Virus record (IMG/VR): IMGVR_UViG_3300040806_001491
Span: 1 to 61,545 of that record
Origin: a virus
Lineage: Duplodnaviria > Caudoviricetes
Reading direction: 5' to 3' (one strand)
Length of the DNA: 61,545 nucleotides
Position numbers and translations under genes: made by a program. The notes under the pieces were generated by a model. The model searched no databases. It had not been told where the DNA came from and saw only the letters and a list, made by a program, of their open reading frames with translations. Within the stretch, counting starts at the first letter, position 1; every line of letters starts with the position of its first letter. Below are positions 58,690 to 61,545 of this stretch, piece by piece.

Positions 58690-58892
58690 GTGAACTTGAG
58701 AACGACACACACGACGAACTTGTGTTAGCATACTTAGAATATTTTAAGGCTAACGAAAAGTTTGAACAGAGAAAGTCTTATAGAACAAGACTTGCTGCTC
58801 GTCGTGCGTTGAGATCTCTAAGAGAACTTGCAAAAACACGAATGGACGAAATACAAGACACATATTATTCAAAAGGCACCGAAGAAGAATAG
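58686..58892 (+). CDS. Small basic helical hypothetical protein
   Basis: 68 aa, ATGA overlap with gp46; AARRALRSLRELAKTR basic helix. Confidence 0.6.
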   Translation: MSELENDTHDELVLAYLEYFKANEKFEQRKSYRTRLAARRALRSLRELAKTRMDEIQDTYYSKGTEEE

Positions 58893-58898
58893 GCATTT

Positions 58899-58906
58899 TA
58901 TAAGTA
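58899..58906 (+). promoter_or_regulatory. Late promoter variant TATAAGTA
   Basis: 5 nt before the ATG at 58912. Confidence 0.55.
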
Positions 58907-58911
58907 AGTTC

Positions 58912-59361
58912 ATGCAATGGACTTATGAAGGCAAACCAGTTGATACAATACCAGACGAGTATGAAGGTTTTGTTTATCTCATAACCAATCTAACAACTGG
59001 GCAAAAGTACATAGGCAAGAAACTAGCAAAGTTTAAAACCACTAAGCCACCTCTCAAAGGCAAAAAGAATAAACGCAGAGGCTATAAAGAATCAGACTGG
59101 CGTGACTATTGGGGATCGTCAGACAGATTAAACGCAGATGTACAGGCACTAGGCCCAGAAAACTTCACAAGAGAAATATTATATCTTTGCAAAGGCAGAG
59201 GCGAAATGTCCTACATAGAGGCAAGAGAGCAATTTGACCGCCGTGTATTAGAGAGCGACGAGTATTACAATGGAATTATTAATGTTAGAGTTGGCGGTTC
59301 CGACAAATTGCGACAGGCATTGCTAGAACATAGCATCAAGGCAAAACAATCCGACACATAA
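58912..59361 (+). CDS. Stand-alone GIY-YIG (Seg-like) nuclease, 149 aa
   Basis: GFVYLITN...KYIGKK, YWGSS, F.REIL, E..EQ, YYN. The ATG at 58912 is preferred over the track's start at 58828. Confidence 0.8.
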   Translation: MQWTYEGKPVDTIPDEYEGFVYLITNLTTGQKYIGKKLAKFKTTKPPLKGKKNKRRGYKESDWRDYWGSSDRLNADVQALGPENFTREILYLCKGRGEMSYIEAREQFDRRVLESDEYYNGIINVRVGGSDKLRQALLEHSIKAKQSDT

Positions 59362-59777
59362 GGTTAGCGGGCCAGTTCAAAAATACCGCTGTGGAAAAAG
59401 CATCCGTATAGGAGCACACGTAACATACTGAGCGGCATCCGGTAGTAGGATGTTTGATTGGTATAGGCGGAATGTCGGCTGTCGAAAAAACGCACAATGT
59501 ACATAAAAACCGTATGCACAGGAACGAAGCAACGGGTAAAAGTATAGTGTATTAGCTATAATTTAGAAATTATTGCTTATAAGCTATATCTTGATGTCGA
59601 CGTAGGTTGGGAAAGGTCAGAGCCCATTGTACAGCGCAAAATACCTACTTCCAAGTCTCGGCTGTGACGAACTCACATGAAGCTAATTTTGAGACAGGCT
59701 GGAACCGTAACAGGTTCCGTCTGACTGAAACAATCTACATGAAACTTAAACATTAACACTTCGTGTTAATGTGTTTT
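59362..59777 (+). ncRNA. Candidate large structured non-coding RNA (no family assigned)
   Basis: ORF-free region with about 9 helices, several containing G-U pairs that work on the plus strand, plus long-range complementarities and a 3' hairpin followed by Ts. Confidence 0.55.
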
Positions 59778-59853
59778 ATCATAATAACTTATATCATACA
59801 AACGAAGTGTATAGTTTGAGCGTTAGCGAAAACTTGTTTCGTGCAACGAAACA
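59751..59853. other. Array of four short hairpins with GNA/GNNA mini-loops
   Basis: CATTAACAC-TTC-GTGTTAATG; ATACA..C-GAA-G.TGTAT; AGTTT-GAGC-GTTA-GCGA-AAACT; TGTTTCGT-GCA-ACGAAACA. Confidence 0.65.
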
Positions 59854-59861
59854 TATAAATA
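59854..59861 (+). promoter_or_regulatory. Canonical T4 late promoter TATAAATA
   Basis: Exact T4 consensus upstream of the AAGGA RBS and the ATG at 59894. Confidence 0.8.
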
Positions 59862-59893
59862 CACTTAACAAACTATCTTAAGGATAACTCAGA

Positions 59894-60526
59894 ATGAATG
59901 TTTATGATATTATTGCAGAAAAGAAAGATCTAGACGAAGCACCTGTTGGCGCACTAAAACAGATAGGTAGACGTGTAGGTTCTAAAGCAGCTGGTATGGT
60001 TGGTATGAAACAAACAGCTGGCAATTTAAGTGGTAAGGCTGATACTGGAGCAGAAGCAAATCAACTACGCAAAGGGTTTTCTAACTTCTTAGGTCGTATG
60101 ATGAAGTCTCCTAAAGAAGCTAACGCACAAGATTTAGCAAAATATCTGTCACAAAATGGTTATCCTGTAACATCGCTTAAAGGAATGAGTGGTGTACTAA
60201 CTAAAAAGCAAATTGATCAAATTACTCTTAAGGCGGTTGCTGATAAAGCTGCCGGTGATGATGTTCCTGGAGTGGGCGGCGCTGCCGCACCGCAAAGCGG
60301 GCCACAAAGTGGAGGACAGGCTGCACCTGCTAAAAAACAAGGCGCTTTAAAATCTTTTGCCCAAGGATTTAAACAAGGTTCATCTGGAGATGCAACTACA
60401 GCAGCACCCGGCGGCACAGCAAATGCTGCTCCTGCTGATAAATCAGTTAAAATATCACCTGAGTTACAAAAGAAAATTAATAGTTTAAATCCGCAACAGA
60501 AAAAACAATTGGTAGGTATGCTATGA
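59894..60526 (+). CDS. Putative internal head protein (Ala/Gly/Lys-rich)
   Basis: Late promoter; N-terminal MNVYDIIAE..LDEA with I/L-x-E motifs resembling T4 gp21 cleavage sites; low-complexity linker. Confidence 0.5.
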   Translation: MNVYDIIAEKKDLDEAPVGALKQIGRRVGSKAAGMVGMKQTAGNLSGKADTGAEANQLRKGFSNFLGRMMKSPKEANAQDLAKYLSQNGYPVTSLKGMSGVLTKKQIDQITLKAVADKAAGDDVPGVGGAAAPQSGPQSGGQAAPAKKQGALKSFAQGFKQGSSGDATTAAPGGTANAAPADKSVKISPELQKKINSLNPQQKKQLVGML

Positions 60527-61545
60527 GATTACAAGAAGTAACAGGATATAATTCACGAACAGCAAAAATACTAACAGAAGGATATCAAGACCTTACTGAA
60601 AGTCAAATACTATATCTTGGCAAGTTTGAAAAAGAGCTATGGCCACTTGTTGAACAATATGTAAAACTTGCTGAAGCAGAATTAACAAAAGATCAAATTA
60701 TGAGCATCTTCCAAGGTGCTGAAGAAGTTGCAATGGCAAGCGGCGATAATACAACTGTTGCTGGTAAGATTGGTAAAGGTGCAGCAGCAGCGGCTAAACT
60801 TCCAATTGATATTGCTAAAAAAGTTGATGCAAAAATTAATGAACTAGGACGTATGGCACAAAATGCAGGTCCTGTAAAAAATGCTGATCAAAAATTTGAA
60901 GAACTTAAAAAACAAATTACCGCAAACAACAGCGACAGTAAAATTGTACAAGGTATTCAAAAGATCAGTGATTGGGCTAAAGAAAATCCTGGCAAAGCAT
61001 CACTTGCTGTTGGTATTCTAACTACTATGGCAGCATTTGCAGGCGGTCCTGCAGGTGGTGCAGCAGCAGGTTTAATTCTACGTGCTTCTAAAGATTTACT
61101 ACAAGGCGAAAAACTTTCAACAGCGGTTGGTAAATCAATTAAGACTGGTGTTTATGGTGCTCTTGCTGGCCTAGCATTTAAAGAACTTACAGACAACATA
61201 GTTGACAACATTGCAACAGCGCAAAACGCAGAACTAGATGCAATGGAAGCAGCAATGAAAGCAGAAAACTTCCAAAATGCAAAAGCAGATCTGTTTGCTG
61301 ATCTAGGTATGGACGTTGATGCACTTGACGGTGCAAGTAGAATGAGAATGAGTGGTAACTTAAATCAGTTTTTCTATTCATATGATACTGTTATTCCACC
61401 TGACATGATGGCACAGTACAATGCTCTTGAAGCGGCTATGGACAGTGCAAAAGACTTTAGTCCAGAACATTATGCAGCAGCAGCTAAGTTTCACGACTTT
61501 ATGGGTCAGCTAGTAAACAATCCTGAAGCAAAGAACTTAACAGCA
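60523..61545 (+). CDS. 3'-truncated putative internal/ejected virion protein (absent from the ORF track)
   Basis: ATGA overlap at 60523; frame open to the window end: MRLQEVTGYNSRTAKILTEG...KENPGKASLAVGILTTMAAFAGGPAGGAAAGLILR... Confidence 0.7.
   Translation, partial: MRLQEVTGYNSRTAKILTEGYQDLTESQILYLGKFEKELWPLVEQYVKLAEAELTKDQIMSIFQGAEEVAMASGDNTTVAGKIGKGAAAAAKLPIDIAKKVDAKINELGRMAQNAGPVKNADQKFEELKKQITANNSDSKIVQGIQKISDWAKENPGKASLAVGILTTMAAFAGGPAGGAAAGLILRASKDLLQGEKLSTAVGKSIKTGVYGALAGLAFKELTDNIVDNIATAQNAELDAMEAAMKAENFQNAKADLFADLGMDVDALDGASRMRMSGNLNQFFYSYDTVIPPDMMAQYNALEAAMDSAKDFSPEHYAAAAKFHDFMGQLVNNPEAKNLTA

Noticed and set aside
58828-58911. Upstream extensions given by the ORF track (also at 1345, 2795, 4765, 9718, 17041, 27502)
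   Set aside because: They use non-ATG or poorly supported starts, mostly overlapping neighbouring genes or promoters; downstream ATGs fit promoter spacing, RBS or translational coupling better.
59508-59537. AACCGTATGC...GCAACGG resembles group II intron domain V
   Set aside because: It lacks the proper bulge geometry and a following domain VI, lies mid-element, and there is no interrupted gene or RT; not enough to call an intron.
58912-59777. Group I intron carrying a GIY-YIG homing endonuclease
   Set aside because: The flanking genes appear intact, the ORF has its own late promoter, and I could not find convincing P7 (R/S) core sequences.
1-61545. tRNA, rRNA, CRISPR arrays, transposases, integrases
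   Set aside because: None recognised; apart from 59362-59893 the intergenic gaps are too short or are occupied by promoters.

Overview
AT-rich, gene-dense segment of a large T4-like (contractile-tailed) phage genome. (1) ~0.5-18.1 kb: an enzyme island interleaved with tail/fibre genes, with six radical SAM SPASM/twitch-type enzymes, a class I methyltransferase, a QueC-like PP-loop enzyme, two 2OG-Fe(II) oxygenases, a kinase-fold protein lacking its catalytic residues, a tandem two-domain GT-A glycosyltransferase and two GT8-like glycosyltransferases. (2) 12.3-54.9 kb, minus strand: fibre/tail-collar genes, a 5289-aa baseplate wedge, gp6-, gp25-, gp5/VgrG(+GH19)-, hub-, gp53- and gp48/54-like genes and a CHAP/NlpC-like amidase. 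(3) 55.0-61.5 kb, plus strand: late sigma factor gp55, gp47/gp46 (Mre11/Rad50-like), a minimal GIY-YIG nuclease, ~530 nt of non-coding DNA (a ~400-nt candidate structured RNA plus an array of GNA-loop hairpins) and probable internal head proteins. Four near-consensus sigma70 promoters and about eleven T4-type late promoters (TAAATA/TAAGTA core) are readable, and several imply leaderless mRNAs. The best candidates for undescribed biology are the radical SAM/glycosyltransferase modification island and the GIY-YIG plus structured RNA unit. All calls come from reading motifs by eye; no searches or folding programs were run.
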